A stretch of DNA of 63,017 nucleotides, counting the filler, from Octopus bimaculoides (taxonomy: Eukaryota): NCBI RefSeq assembly GCF_001194135.2. It is 4 parts of 3 records of this genome, joined end to end, with 100 filler letters (N's around TTAATTAATTAA, not from the genome) between each part and the next. Parts side by side here need not be neighbours in the genome. Positions count along the whole stretch, not along the records: positions 1 to 25,098 come from NC_068982.1; 3 more parts are not named here. One strand, 5' to 3'. Under the pieces are notes generated by a model. The model was not told the origin of the DNA and did no database searches. It worked only from the letters and a program-made list of their open reading frames with translations. Both the position numbers and the translations under genes were made by a program. Positions 1-12,124 of the stretch are shown here, piece by piece. Within the stretch, counting starts at the first letter, position 1. The number at the start of each line of letters is the position of its first letter.

Positions 1-55
1 CACATAATGATGATGATGATAATAATAATAATAATAATAATGATAATAATAATAA

Positions 56-362
56 TACAAAGATCTGGAAATAGAGGTAACTCGAATGTGGAATCTAAAA
101 ACAGAAACAATTCCTATTATAGTAGGTGCCTTAAGTATAATAAAAAAATATTCAGACAAATACATAACAAAAACACCAGGACTTACAAATATATATAACA
201 TACAGAAAATTGCACTACTGGGCACAGTACACATCCTACGCAAAACACTTTCAATACAGTAACCATAAGAGCACCACAGCAAACCACAGCACATACCCAA
301 GGCGCACAGAGCTGCGCTCGGTAGTGAAGTGAAAGCACGTTATAAAAATAAAACTACTGAAC
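56..362 (+). mobile_element. R4/Dong-clade non-LTR retrotransposon, 5'-truncated 3' end
   Basis: 56-262 reads YKDLEIEVTRMWNLKTETIPIIVGAL...IQKIALLGTVHILRKTLSIQ*, matching the C-terminal RLE region of R4/Dong ORFs; (TAA)n-type tracts on both sides. Confidence 0.85.
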
Positions 363-862
363 AATAATAATAATAATAATTTATGAAGTTTGAGCCTATG
401 AATTTCTTCTTTTGTCAGTTGGAGAATCACCAGGAAAGAAAACCTCTCTCCATTAATGGAGGAACCAACCTAATTTTGAATTATGTTAAACGTCTGAAAC
501 AACTGAAACGCTACACTAGGGGATCTGAACTGTCCAACTCAGAAGGAGTAACGGTGTCCGAGTCCTCTTCCCTGGTCCAGCAGTTATAATGAGTGCTATT
601 TCTGGTACTGGAACATCGAAGTTACTCAAGACAAAAAAATGTACAGAAACGTCAAGTCCTCAGTCGTGATGACACTGGTTATTGATGTTAAAGCAAAGAT
701 TTTAGTGAAATAACAAACATTTTTGCGCATCGATGGTCATAGAGATATAGAAGCAACACCTACTACTCCCATCCAGTTTTGGCCCCCAAAAAACCTCAGA
801 AAAATGTTGGCATTTTGAGTGAATTTGGCTGACATACACACATATATATATATATATATATG

Positions 863-980
863 TAGGCGTGGCTGTATGCTAAAAAGCTTGCTTCTCAACT
901 ACATGGTTCTAGGTTCAGTTCCACAGTGTCTTCTACTATAGCCTCGAGCCGACAAAAGCCTTGTGAGTGGATTTGGTAAA
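863..980 (+). mobile_element. tRNA-derived SINE family A, head only
   Basis: ggcgtggctg...ggttcagttcca...ttctactatagcctcgagccgac...gtggatttggta, shared with many copies in the window. Confidence 0.8.
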
Positions 981-1180
981 CATAACAAAAACACCAGGAC
1001 TTACAAATATATATAACATACAGAAAATTGCACTACTGGGCACTGCACACATCCTACGCAAAACACTTTCAATACAGTAACCATAAGAGCATCACAGCAA
1101 ACCACAGCACATACCCAAGGCACACACAGCTGCGCTTGGTAGTGAAGTGATAGCATGTTATAAAAATAAAACTACTGAAC
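981..1180 (+). mobile_element. Second R4/Dong 3' end
   Basis: Near-identical to about 162-362; ends aaaactactgaac followed by (AAT)n. Confidence 0.85.
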
Positions 1181-1197
1181 AATAATAATAATAATAA

Positions 1198-1415
1198 TAA
1201 TCCTTTCTACTATAAGCACAAGGCCTGAAACTTTGGGGATGGGGGATAGTCGATTACATTGACCCCAGTGCTCAACTGCTACTTAATTCATTGATACGGA
1301 AAGGATGGAAAGCAAAGTCAACCTAGGCGGGATTTGAACTCAGAACATAAAGATGAACAAAATGTTGCTGAGTATTTCATCCAGCATGCTAACAATTGTG
1401 CCAGCTAACTGCTTT
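1198..1415 (-). mobile_element. tRNA-derived SINE family B
   Basis: Reverse complement has A/B-box-like head (gagttcaaatcc) and the gactttgc..tccatcctttc core seen intact at 54441-54645. Confidence 0.8.
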
Positions 1416-1424
1416 AATGATAAC

Positions 1425-1825
1425 AAGGAGTGGCTGGGTGGTAAGTAGCTTGCTAACGAACCACATGGTTCTGGGTTCAGTCCCACTGCGTGGCACCTTG
1501 GGTAAGTGTCTTCTACTATAGCCACGGGCCGACCAAAGCCTTGTGAGTGGATTTTGTAGACGGAAACTGAAAGAAGCCCATCGTCTATATGTATATATGT
1601 GTGTGTGTGTGTATATGTTTGTGTGTCTGTGTTTCTCCCCCCAACATCGCTTGACAACCGATGCTGGTGTGTTTACGTCCCCGTAATATAGCGGTTCGGC
1701 AAAAAGAGGCCGATAGAATAAGTACTAGGCTTACAAAAAATAAATCCTGGGGTCAATTTGCTCGACTAAAGGCGGTGTTCCAGCATGGCCACAGTCAAAT
1801 GACTGAAACAGGTAAAAGAGTAAAA
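1425..1825 (+). mobile_element. SINE family A, full length
   Basis: tRNA-like head, CORE-like ccttgggtaagtgtcttc, internal (TA/TG)n, tail ccagcatggccacagtcaaatgactgaaac. Confidence 0.9.
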
Positions 1826-2094
1826 TCAAAAGGTTCAAAAGTCCCTACAAAAGATGGTAGTTGTGAGGTAGTGGTAATGGCAAAAGTGGCTGTGATGGTG
1901 ACCAAAGCAGCATTTTTTTTTATCACTTAGAACCAAATATTCCAAATAGAATATAAATTGCTGAACCAAACTTGCCCAAGGCACAACTGTCATGGTCAAG
2001 TTCTCCTCTGAAGTTTCAAATCTCAAGTGAATTTTAGTTGAAGTAATTGTCTCTTCATCCTTGGAACTGCAAGACTAAATTTCTATTGGGTTAT

Positions 2095-2930
2095 CATCAT
2101 CATCAGCAGCAACAGCAGCAAGAACATATATAGCGAAAATGTGATAGTGGTAGTAGTGGTGGTGAAGATAGAGACAATAATTTGATGGTAATGATTATAA
2201 TGATGATGGTGGTGGCGGTGATGATGATGACTGATGATGATGGTGATGGTGAGCAGAAACATGGAAGTGATGTTGATAAGGATGGTAGTGGTGGTGGTGT
2301 TGTTAGCGCTGAGCTTGATGGTTGAGTGATATTGAGGGTGATGGTGGTGATAGTGATGATGATGATGGTGGTGATTGTAAGGGTTATGGTGGCAGTGGTG
2401 ATGGTGAGGATTATGGCAGTTAAGCTGCTAAGGATGATGGTGGCGGAGGTGGTTAAGGGGACAATGGTGAGGATGATGGTGGAGGAGGTGGTTAAGGGGA
2501 CAATGGTGAGGATGATGGCAGTAGTGATAGTGATAATGATTGTGATGGTGATGCTGAAGATGATGGATAAGGGTGAGAATAATGGAGGTGTGATGCCAAG
2601 AATGTAGGTGGCGGCGATAGAGAGGATGATGCAGGAGGTGGTGAAGATGATAGTGCCGACGGTAACGATGAGAATGGAGGTAGAGATGAGGATGAGGATG
2701 ATGCTGATAGTGATGAAGAGGAGTAAGCGATGTCGATGTGGATATTAACGATGGGTGGGTGACAATGCCGATAATGCTCGTGGTCATAGTCATGAGGATA
2801 ATGGCAATGATGGTCCTGGTAGTGGTAGCACAGATGCTGATGATGATGATGGTAGTGGTGGTAGTGGTGGTGGTGGTGGTGTTGCTGCTGCTGCGAATGG
2901 TGGTGGTGGTTGGTGGCAATATTTAGAATC
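2095..2930. repeat. Degenerate (GAT/GGT)n low-complexity tract with a 39-bp internal duplication
   Basis: Trinucleotide composition; aggatgatggtgg..aaggggacaatggtg at 2431 and 2470. Confidence 0.85.
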
Positions 2931-4319
2931 TAATAGCAAAGAAACAACAGAAATACCTAAACAGAGATCAAAATTAGAGTAAATATTAATCTAATAAAAC
3001 TTTCCAGCAGCAGATAAAATGGCAGCAATGAATATAATTTTAACTAGTCTTCAATATCCATTTTCATTTTGCTATGCTTCAGTGGCTTTGTCAGTTGGTC
3101 GGTTGGTTGGCTGGTTGGTTGGTTGATCAGTTGGATGGTAGGTAGATAGGTAGGTAGGTAGGCTCCCTATTTGGCTGGCTGGTTGGCTGCCTGGCTGTGT
3201 CCGTTAGTGCAAGAGATTTCACGGATGACTACTCCGGCTAATGCCAATTGATTTTATGGAATGTAACAAGAAATGTTTTTATGATTGCCTCACACTAAAG
3301 ATAGTAGCTATCCATAGTTGCAAGGACTCTTGTGAACCATTTTTGCTACCCTCTCAGGCTACAGAATTTTCTGCTACTAGTTCAGCTAGCTCTGATTTCG
3401 TTTTCTCTACTTTTCAGGAATTTCTCTGACATACTTTATCCCCCAAGATCTCCTCTCATGCATTCTTAATAGTTCAATTTATCAAGAAACTAATCCAGAA
3501 TGCTGAGTGAAAACCAAAAGGAGAGAACATTTAAAGCAGGCAGTTTAGCCTAATTTGTAAAGACGGACAATATTATATAACATTACTTTCCATTATTTCA
3601 ATAACCATTTGTGTTGTGTTACTAATGAGTTGCTGGTGTATATATTTTGGAGTGCTAATTACCAGCTTATTCTATTTTCTTCAGTTCACCATGTAGTGAA
3701 GCAGCTAACAAGACAGGCCAACTAGGACCTTCTATGTGGCCGGTGGACTTGCATGAAAGAGTAGTCAAATCTTGTTGTTAATAAGGAGGACACATTAGGA
3801 AAAGAAGTCCTAAACATAGAAATTGATGGAATGGTCAAAGCTGGAACATCTTCAATTATAGATTTGCTCAATGAAGACTGATCTGGGATTAAACAGCAAC
3901 TATAACAACAATAACAACAAATGCAATAATGACACATCAAATAAGCTAATGCTAGATAATTTATGACTGAAAAAAAAAATAACAGAAGCTAGTCTGTCAC
4001 GAATGTAATACTTTTGCTTGCTCACAGGTCTGTGAATCAGGGATAATCCGCAGTTGAACAACAACAACAACAACAACAGCAACTAGAACAAATATTAGTT
4101 TCACAATCCATCAGCACAAAAGAGCACCAGAGGCTTTTGAAGTATTGCTCACACAGTTCTATCAGACACTGAAATCCAACAAAACAAACTCCTCAAGCAA
4201 TGAGCTCTTAATTTTAGACTGATCAAATAGCGAAGGGTCACACAGATTGTTAGTATATGCTTCATCCTCATCATCATCATCATCATTTAACATCTGTTTT
4301 CCATGCTGGCATCAGTTTG

Positions 4320-4520
4320 ACAACAAATTTTGGCACAAGGCCAGCAATTTGGGGGCAGTGGGTAAGACAATTACAGAGTTCAACAGGCACTTATTTTATT
4401 GACCCCGAAAGGATGAAAGGCAAAGTCAACCTCGGCAGAATTTGAACTCAGAACATGAAGACATGAAATACTGCTAAGCATTTTGTCCAGGGTGCTAACA
4501 ATTATGCCAGCATGCCACCT
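4320..4520 (-). mobile_element. SINE family B
   Basis: gaccccgaaaggatgaaaggcaaagtcaacctcggcagaatttgaactc. Confidence 0.8.
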
Positions 4521-4654
4521 TGGCTTTTGAAATATTGCTCACATAATTCTAACAAACACTGAAGTCCAACTGAGCAAAAAACTTGTCAATCAATGAGTTC
4601 TTAGTTTTAGACTGGTCAAATACTACTGGGTAACAGACTGTTCGTATACATGTC

Positions 4655-4815
4655 ATCATCATTATCATTTAACATCTGCTTTCCTTGCTGGCACAAGTTA
4701 GAGAACTGCACTAAATTCCAGTGTCTTCCTTTGGCATGATTTCTATGGCTGGATGCTCTTCCTAACACAAACAACTTCACAGAGTGCACTGGATGCTTTT
4801 TATGTGGCACCAACA
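4655..4815 (-). mobile_element. Old copy of the (GAT)n-tailed retroposon 3' end
   Basis: catcatcattatcatttaacatctgc...ggatgctcttcctaac, reverse complement of the 8061-8349 family. Confidence 0.65.
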
Positions 4816-6120
4816 CTATTGAGGTCAATAAGTACACACAAGACATAACTCCCCTCAACTGAGTTGGGAGTAGTATTGAAGGAGGTATCTTAATACTAGG
4901 TAATGAGAGGCTAAAGTATGATAGAGGGACAGGAAATATCTCATATTTGGTTAATGACATACAAACCTAATGCATGAGGTTATGTTCACTGTAATATTCT
5001 GGCTGTTATGGATGAATATTGAAAGTTGATTACTGTCAGCTACATCTGAATAGTGTAATTGTTATTGTTTAACAATGATCAAATATCTATGATTAAAAGT
5101 GATCATCCCATAATTTTCATTTTTTTTTTTTTTTGACATAGGATATCAAAGACTACATCAGCTAATATGTTTTTCTTTTTAAAATGGTGCAGTGCAATTT
5201 GAGGGAGATTTTTCTTATTTCTGTGGGGATAAGTGCAGTCACAGGCAACCTTTTTTTAAGAAGCTGGCCTCATGAGACAGGCAGGATGCATTCCTAAAAA
5301 TAATTCAAGGTAAATTTTTTAGTTAGGCATGCCATTCAGAAAATGCAACAGGTTGCAGTTTACCTGTGATTGGCATTAAGTCATTGATATTGAAATAATG
5401 GTTAAGGCTTAATATTGTGAAATAAACCCTTAATTGGTATCCTTTAAGTAGTTGTGATAAGCAAACGAGAAACAGAAAAGAAAAATATTCAACCAAACAC
5501 CGGAACCTTTGAAGGAAAGTAACTAAAAACTGGTTTAAACTAGGTACTAAGTCTTGTTCCCCAAAATAGGAATCTATATAGGTGCAAACATGTGGTAAAG
5601 AAGTTTAATTTGCAATCACTGGGTTCTCGATCCAGTTGCCTGACACAGAGGGCAAACGTATTCTGGTGTAGTTTAACAGCCATTTGTGTTTTAGGTGCAT
5701 TTTAGCAAAGTTCACTTTTTTGCAATAATTCAGAACACAAGCTAGCAGAGCTTCATCAGCTATCATGAACTAAACATCCATTCAATAGATTACCAGGACT
5801 GCAGAAACTAAGCAATTTCATATGTTTTGAATGGAACTCTCTTCTCATTTAGTCATATCAAGCAAGTTGTCAGCTGGAAAAATAATTTGCAGTGTCACAT
5901 TTACTACAATTCCTTGTAAAAAAATGTTAATTTTCCTATTCATTTTTTTTTATCAAGTGTGTGATATTCAACCATTGCATGGTTTACCACAGCATGGCAT
6001 ACAAAGAAGAGCTTTAATTCAAAAACATTTCTTCTTGACAGCATCCAGTCATAAAATTTTGCCTCAAATAAATACCTCACTAACCTATGCTAACAGAGAA
6101 AAAAAAAAGGACATTAAATA

Positions 6121-6283
6121 AGGCGCAGGAGTGGCTGTGTAGTAAGTAGCTTGCTTACCAACCACATGGTTCCGGGTTCAGTCCCACTGCGTAGCATCTT
6201 GGGCAAGAGTCTTCTACTATAGCCTCAGGCCGACCAAAGCCTTGTGAGTGGATTTGGGAGACAGAAACTGAAAGAAGCCCATC

Positions 6284-6323
<40 letters not shown>

Positions 6324-6610
6324 NNNNNNNNNNNNNNNNNNNNNNNNNNNNNNNNNNNNNNNNNNNNNNNNNNNNNNNNNNNNNNNNNNNNNNNNNNNNN
6401 NNNNNNNNNNNNNNNNNNNNNNNNNNNNNNNNNNNNNNNNNNNNNNNNCCCCCCCCCCCCTAGCATTGTTTGACAAACGATGCTGGTGTGTTTATGTCCC
6501 CGTCACTTAGCGAGGCTTACAAAGAATAGGTCCCGGGGTCGATTTGTTCGACTAAACACGGTGCTCCAGCATGGGCGCAGTCAAATGACTTAAACAAGTA
6601 AAAGAGTAAA
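6121..6610 (+). mobile_element. SINE family A, full length, gap in the internal (TA)n
   Basis: ggcgcaggagtggctgtg head through tail aaacaagtaaaagagtaaa. Confidence 0.9.
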
Positions 6611-6737
6611 GACAGACAGATGGATAGATGGACAGACAGACATATTGATGGTCAGACAGATGCATGGATGGATGGATTTGACAGGTCAAGTTTATTTTTG
6701 TCATCAAAACAATAAAGTTATCAATAAATGAACAAAC

Positions 6738-6954
6738 CTTTAATAAAGTTAAATTTTGAATATCAAATAACTTTTGGTCGAGTAATTCCACTTTCTTCTG
6801 CAATTTTTCAATGAGAACTGTACCATTTTTTTCAGGGTCTACTAGAGCTGAGAATTTACTGCCTGTAGAGCTTGAGGTAGAAAAATTCGAATTTTGAATT
6901 TCAAAGTCATCATCACTTTTCATTGTTTGAAGATATTGTGAGTTCTCCATTCTA
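6738..6954 (-). CDS. Candidate internal coding exon (Ser-rich plus coiled-coil-like), gene unidentified
   Basis: Acceptor atgtctttcag|, donor aag|gtttgt, 217 nt, open frame RMENSQYLQTMKSDDDFEIQNSNFSTSSSTGSKFSALVDPEKNGTVLIEKLQKKVELLDQKLFDIQNLTLLK. Confidence 0.5.
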
Positions 6955-8060
6955 CTGAAAGACATGAGATTATGAGCAGAATTACAAAGACACAAAAAAA
7001 TGAAAGGTAAAGAAGAATGAAAAAACAAACAGAAAAAGAAAGAAACCATCTGACTATGGAAAAATATTACATTGCTTGGAAATAAGCAAAGGTTGGTGAC
7101 AGGAAGGGCATCTTATCATAAAAAAAATCTGTTTCAATGAATTCCATCTGATCCATGCAGGTATGGGAAAATATAAGTATGGGATGGTTACAGCTGGAAT
7201 TCTTTTGAGTGAAAATCTCTTTGATCAGAGCTGCCCTGGAACTAAAGAATAAAAGCAATAACTGACAATATACATACATATTCAAACTGACTGATTGATA
7301 GGTCTACAATCTCTNNNNNNNNNNNNNNNNNNNNNNNNNNNNNNNNNNNNNNNNNNNNNNNNNNNNNNNNNNNNNNNNNNNNNNNNNNNNNNNNNNNNNN
7401 NNNNNNNNNNNNNNNNNNNNNNNNNNNNNNNNNNNNNNNNNNNNNNNNNNNNNNNNNNNNNNNNNNNNNNNNNNNNNNNNNNNNNNNNNNNNNNNNNNNN
7501 NNNNNNNNNNNNNNNNNNNNNNNNNNNNNNNNNNNNNNNNNNNNNNNNNNNNNNNNNNNNNNNNNNNNNNNNNNNNNNNNNNNNNNNNNNNNNNNNNNNN
7601 NNNNNNNNNNNNNNNNNNNNNNNNNNNNNNNNNNNNNNNNNNNNNNNNNNNNNNNNNNNNNNNNNNNNNNNNNNNNNNNNNNNNNNNNNNNNNNNNNNNN
7701 NNNNNNNNNNNNNNNNNNNNNNNNNNNNNNNNNNNNNNNNNNNNNNNNNNNNNNNNNNNNNNNNNNNNNNNNNNNNNNNNNNNNNNNNNNNNNNNNNNNN
7801 NNNNNNNNNNNNNNNNNNNNNNNNNNNNNNNNNNNNNNNNNNNNNNNNNNNNNNNNNNNNNNNNNNNNNNNNNNNNNNNNNNNNNNNNNNNNNNNNNNNN
7901 NNNNNNNNNNNNNNNNNNNNNNNNNNNNNNNNNNNNNNNNNNNNNNNNNNNNNNNNNNNNNNNNNNNNNNNNNNNNNNNNNNNNNNNNNNNNNNNNNNNN
8001 NNNNNNNNNNNNNNNNNNNNNNNNNNNNNNNNNNNNNNNNNNNNNNNNNNNNNNNNNNNN

Positions 8061-8349
8061 GAGATCGTTGCTAGTGCCCCTGGACTGGCTCTTGTGTGGG
8101 TGGCACATAAAATACACCATTTTGAGTGTGGCCGTTGCCAGTACCGCCTGACTGGCCTTCATGCCGGTGGCACGTAAAAGCACCCACTACACTCTCTGAA
8201 TGGTTGGCATTAGGAAGGGCATCCAGCTGTAGAAACTCTGCCAAATCAGACTGGAGCCTGGTGTAGCCATCTGGTTTTGCCAGTCCTCAGTCAAATCGTC
8301 CAACCCATGCTAGCATGGAAAGCGGACGTTAAACGATGATGATGATGAT
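8061..8349 (+). mobile_element. Retroposon 3' end: about 65-bp repeat units, conserved body, (GAT)n tail
   Basis: aaaagcacccactacactctc..ggcattaggaagggcatccagctgtagaaac...ggacgttaaacgatgatgat; at least 8 related copies in the window. Confidence 0.85.
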
Positions 8350-8605
8350 ATACATACAACAAGAAATTATATTTGTCTCTTCTAATAGAAACAAAACGGT
8401 TTATAGGACTGCAAAAGAAGTGCTCAAATATAAATGAGACGAAGATAAAGAAGCATTGATTATAGAACAAACATCAAATTTGGGTCAACTTGTTCTTTAC
8501 TTGTTTTGAATCAGATACAGTGATTTGGTTTCACTTTATAAACATATAATATATATGACCATATATATATATGTATATGTGTATATATATATAAACATAT
8601 ATACA

Positions 8606-8668
<63 letters not shown>

Positions 8669-9393
8669 NNNNNNNNNNNNNNNNNNNNNNNNNNNNNNNN
8701 NNNNNNNNNNNNNNNNNNNNNNNNNNNNNNNNNNNNNNNNNNNNNNNNNNNNNNNNNNNNNNNNNNNNNNNNNNNNNNNNNNNNNNNNNNNNNNNNNNNN
8801 NNNNNNNNNNNNNNNNNNNNNNNNNNNNNNNNNNNNNNNNNNNNNNNNNNNNNNNNNNNNNNNNNNNNNNNNNNNNNNNNNNNNNNNNNNNNNNNNNNNN
8901 NNNNNNNNNNNNNNNNNNNNNNNNNNNNNNNNNNNNNNNNNNNNNNNNNNNNNNNNNNNNNNNNNNNNNNNNNNNNNNNNNNNNNNNNNNNNNNNNNNNN
9001 NNNNNNNNNNNNNNNNNNNNNNNNNNNNNNNNNNNNNNNNNNNNNNNNNNNNNNNNNNNNNNNNNNNNNNNNNNNNNNNNNNNNNNNNNNNNNNNNNNNN
9101 NNNNNNNNNNNNNNNNNNNNNNNNNNNNNNNNNNNNNNNNNNNNNNNNNNNNNNNNNNNNNNNNNNNNNNNNNNNNNNNNNNNNNNNNNNNNNNNNNNNN
9201 NNNNNNNNNNNNNNNNNNNNNNNNNNNNNNNNNGCATTATTATTATTTTTTCTGTAGTAATGCCCTTATATAAATATAAACGAATAATTATATTCTTGGG
9301 AATAGAAATTTCCCTTATGAATTTTTTTACACACTGGCTTCTTGATAAAATTCTTGTAAAAGAGTTTTATCCCCTTTTGAATTTATTAATCAT

Positions 9394-9555
9394 ATCATCA
9401 TCATCATCATCATCATCATCGTTTAACGTCCGCTTTCCATGCTAGCATGGGTTGGACGATTTGACTGAGGACTGGTGCAACCGGATGGCTACACCAGGCT
9501 CCAATCTAATTTGGCAGAGTTTCTACAGCTGGATGCCCTTCCTAACGCCAACCAC
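9394..9555 (-). mobile_element. Same (GAT)n-tailed retroposon 3' end
   Basis: (CAT)n gtttaacgtccgctttccatgctagc...ggatgcccttcctaacgccaacc. Confidence 0.85.
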
Positions 9556-9649
9556 GTGTGTGTGTGTGTGTGTTTATAAAGCACTTAGGAAGTGAAACCA
9601 AATCACTGTATCTGATTCAAAAAAATAAGCATGAACAGGATTTGCTCGA

Positions 9650-10075
9650 CATTTGACTTCAAACTCTTGGTAAAACAGAATTTCATTTTTGGCTTGCTTT
9701 TTCTGACAAGAACAGTGGCTGTACATTTAGTGCATTTTTAGCCACTAGCCAGCCGAGACACAGCGCAGTGTCCATAGCAGTTGAGACAACTGTCATTTTA
9801 ACTCTAGACAATATACCTGTCCTTCTGTTTAATGGCATACCAATTGCAGTTATTTTGAAATGTGGGCATATTGAACTTACCTCAAAGAGTGACAACCATG
9901 CCCTGCATAAGTTACAGGCTAGCTTTTGGCAAGGTATAGCACCAGTTCAGCCACCCTACTAAGGATATGGCAAAGTCATGGGACTGCAGTATGGCAGATT
10001 GTGTAGAGGTAATTGAAGAACTCAAACTGAACCAATGATGCTTCTTACATTGATACTGAGCAGAGGAAACCTAGA
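9650..10075 (-). mobile_element. Possible highly decayed LINE AP-endonuclease fragment
   Basis: Frameshifted pieces LLSINVRSI, AILQSHDFAISLVGWLN and WYAIKQKDR resemble APE motifs. Confidence 0.3.
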
Positions 10076-10538
10076 AGATCAATGGTCAGGATCACCAAGC
10101 TCCCTTAAGAGAGTAACTGCAATGTATCCATAGGGATGATATTTGTGGTTGTATAATCAGGTAATGAATGATTTCTTATGACTCAAGCCCTCAATTTGAA
10201 TTCATAATAATGGAATTAGATAGCAAAAGAGAATCATGGGAATCCACAAAAGCAACAAAACAAAAAAATATAAAATTGTGGAGAATCTTTGATTCTTGGG
10301 ATTTCTTCTTCACATTTGAAGTTTGGTAATTATGATCATTTCTCTAGATGTGGAGATAATTTCAGTAAATCAAGAATATATACTGTGCAGGCATGGCTGT
10401 GTGGTAAGAAGCTTGCTTCCTAACTATATGGTTTGGAGTTCAGTCCCGCTATGTGGCACCTTGAGCTGACCAAAGCCTTGTTACTGGATTTGGCAGAGGG
10501 AAATGGAAAGAAGCCCATTGTGTGTGTGTGTGTATGTG

Positions 10539-10587
<49 letters not shown>

Positions 10588-10749
10588 GTTGAACAATGAG
10601 AATGAGTGCTTAATACTGCATTGGTGGATATAATTTCTGTATTTGTGTATTAAGGCTACCATTGGTTTTGTGTTAAGAAAAACATCATGATATCTTAACA
10701 ATTTTTCAAGCCAATCACATGGAGGAATGGTGTTCATCCCCATTTTGAA

Positions 10750-10972
10750 TTCTTTTATTCTTTTACTTGTTTCAGTCATTTGACTGCAGCCATGCTGGAG
10801 CACCACCTTTAGTCAAGCAAACTGACCTCAGGACTTATTCTTTGTAAGCCTAGTACTTATTCTATTGGTCTCTTTTGCCAAACCACTAATCTACGGGGAC
10901 GTAAACACATTAGCAGCGGTTGTCAAGCAATGTTGGGAGGACAAACACAGACACACAAACATATGCACACAC

Positions 10973-11007
<35 letters not shown>

Positions 11008-11316
11008 ATATTATTAGGGACAAAATCCAAAATTACAGGTAAAAAACTCAATTAAAATCAATTTATAAAAAATTAAAATTAAATTGAGCCTTATAGATAA
11101 AGTATATATAAAATATATAGTTTTAGGGAAAATANNNNNNNNNNNNNNNNNNNNNNNNNNNNNNNNNNNNNNNNNNNNNNNNNNNNNNNNNNNNNNNNNN
11201 NNNNNNNNNNNNNNNNNNNNNNNNNNNNNNNNNNNNNNNNNNNNNNNNNNNNNNNNNNNNNNNNNNNNNNNNNNNNNNNNNNNNNNNNNNNNNNNNNNNN
11301 NNNNNNNNNNNNNNNN

Positions 11317-11368
<52 letters not shown>

Positions 11369-11508
11369 TGGTCTTCTTTCAGTTTCCGTCTACCAAATCC
11401 ACTCAGAAGGCTTTGGTTGGCCTGAAGCTATAGAAGGAGATACTTGCCCAAGGTGCCATGCAGTGGGACTGAACCTGGCAAGCTACTTACCACACGGCCA
11501 CTCCTGCA
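10750..11508 (-). mobile_element. SINE family A split by an insert and gap in its central microsatellite
   Basis: Tail at 10750-10960, head at 11369-11508. Confidence 0.75.
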
Positions 11509-11515
11509 ACTATGG

Positions 11516-11623
11516 AAAAATAAGGACTGCTTCACAAATTTGCATGTCATCCTTGCACAGGGGCCATGCTAATTGTCTCTGTATTGTTCCAATTTTAGAA
11601 AATGTACTGCTGGAGTCAAACAC
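11516..11623 (-). pseudogene. U6: Full-length U6 snRNA copy, probably a pseudogene
   Basis: Reverse complement GTGTTTGACTCCAGCAGTACATTTTCTAAAATTGGAACAATACAGAGACAATTAGCATGGCCCTGTGCAAGGATGACATGCAAATTTGTGAAGCAGTCCTTATTTTT aligns end to end with canonical metazoan U6; ACAGAGA box kept; several CpG-type transitions. Confidence 0.9.
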
Positions 11624-11710
11624 TATTCCTCCATGTGATCGGCTTGAAAAATTGCTCAGATATTAAGATGTTTTTCTTAACATGAAACCAATGGTAGCCT
11701 TAATACACAA

Positions 11711-11742
<32 letters not shown>

Positions 11743-11840
11743 TTGACAGGAAGGACAACAAAAGAAAGAAAGAGACCTCGATATTATGCAAATAGAGGAA
11801 ATTTATCTGTAAAAATATGTGACACTTATTCAGTAGCCAT

Positions 11841-11901
11841 GATAAAACTCCGAGTTTCGGATGCCAGGGTGGGAGCCCACGCCAACATCTCTTCAGTTAT
11901 C
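11841..11901 (-). ncRNA. Type I hammerhead ribozyme motif, core intact, near-palindromic stem III
   Basis: GATAA-CTGAAGA-GATGTTG..TGGCATC-C-GAAA-CTCGGAG-T-T-TTATC: stem I 5 bp, stem II about 7 bp with a bulged C, predicted GUU cleavage 3' of position 11846. Confidence 0.7.
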
Positions 11902-12124
11902 CGGCCAATTTTTCACAGGAATTTTCAATTGGCATCCGAAACTCGGATATATAAATAATATGTATATATACATTCATACATATATATATATATATATATA
12001 TANNNNNNNNNNNNNNNNNNNNNNNNNNNNNNNNNNNNNNNNNNNNNNNNNNNNNNNNNNNNNNNNNNNNNNNNNNNNNNNNNNNNNNNNNNNNNNNNNN
12101 NNNNNNNNNNNNNNNNNNNNNNNN

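Noticed and set aside
2326-2982. His-rich or Gly/Asp-rich ORFs
   Set aside because: Translations of degenerate trinucleotide repeats with no convincing splice or domain support
3722-5880. Possible downstream exons near 5880, 5785 and 3885
   Set aside because: Acceptors exist but there are early stops, no donors or wrong phase; cannot choose among them
7192-7241. Possible 50-nt minus-strand exon (FQGSSDQRDFHSKEFQ)
   Set aside because: Weak donor (gtaacc), abuts a repeat, and phase 0 to 2 is incompatible with the better 15072-to-6954 junction; could only be an alternative path
8181-8235. HDV-like fold in the (GAT)n retroposon body (CAC-TCTCGGA-GTG..AG..GGA/TCC in the better copies)
   Set aside because: P3/L3/P1.1 fit loosely, but J4/2 lacks the C-N-A-A motif and P1 has no G1 start
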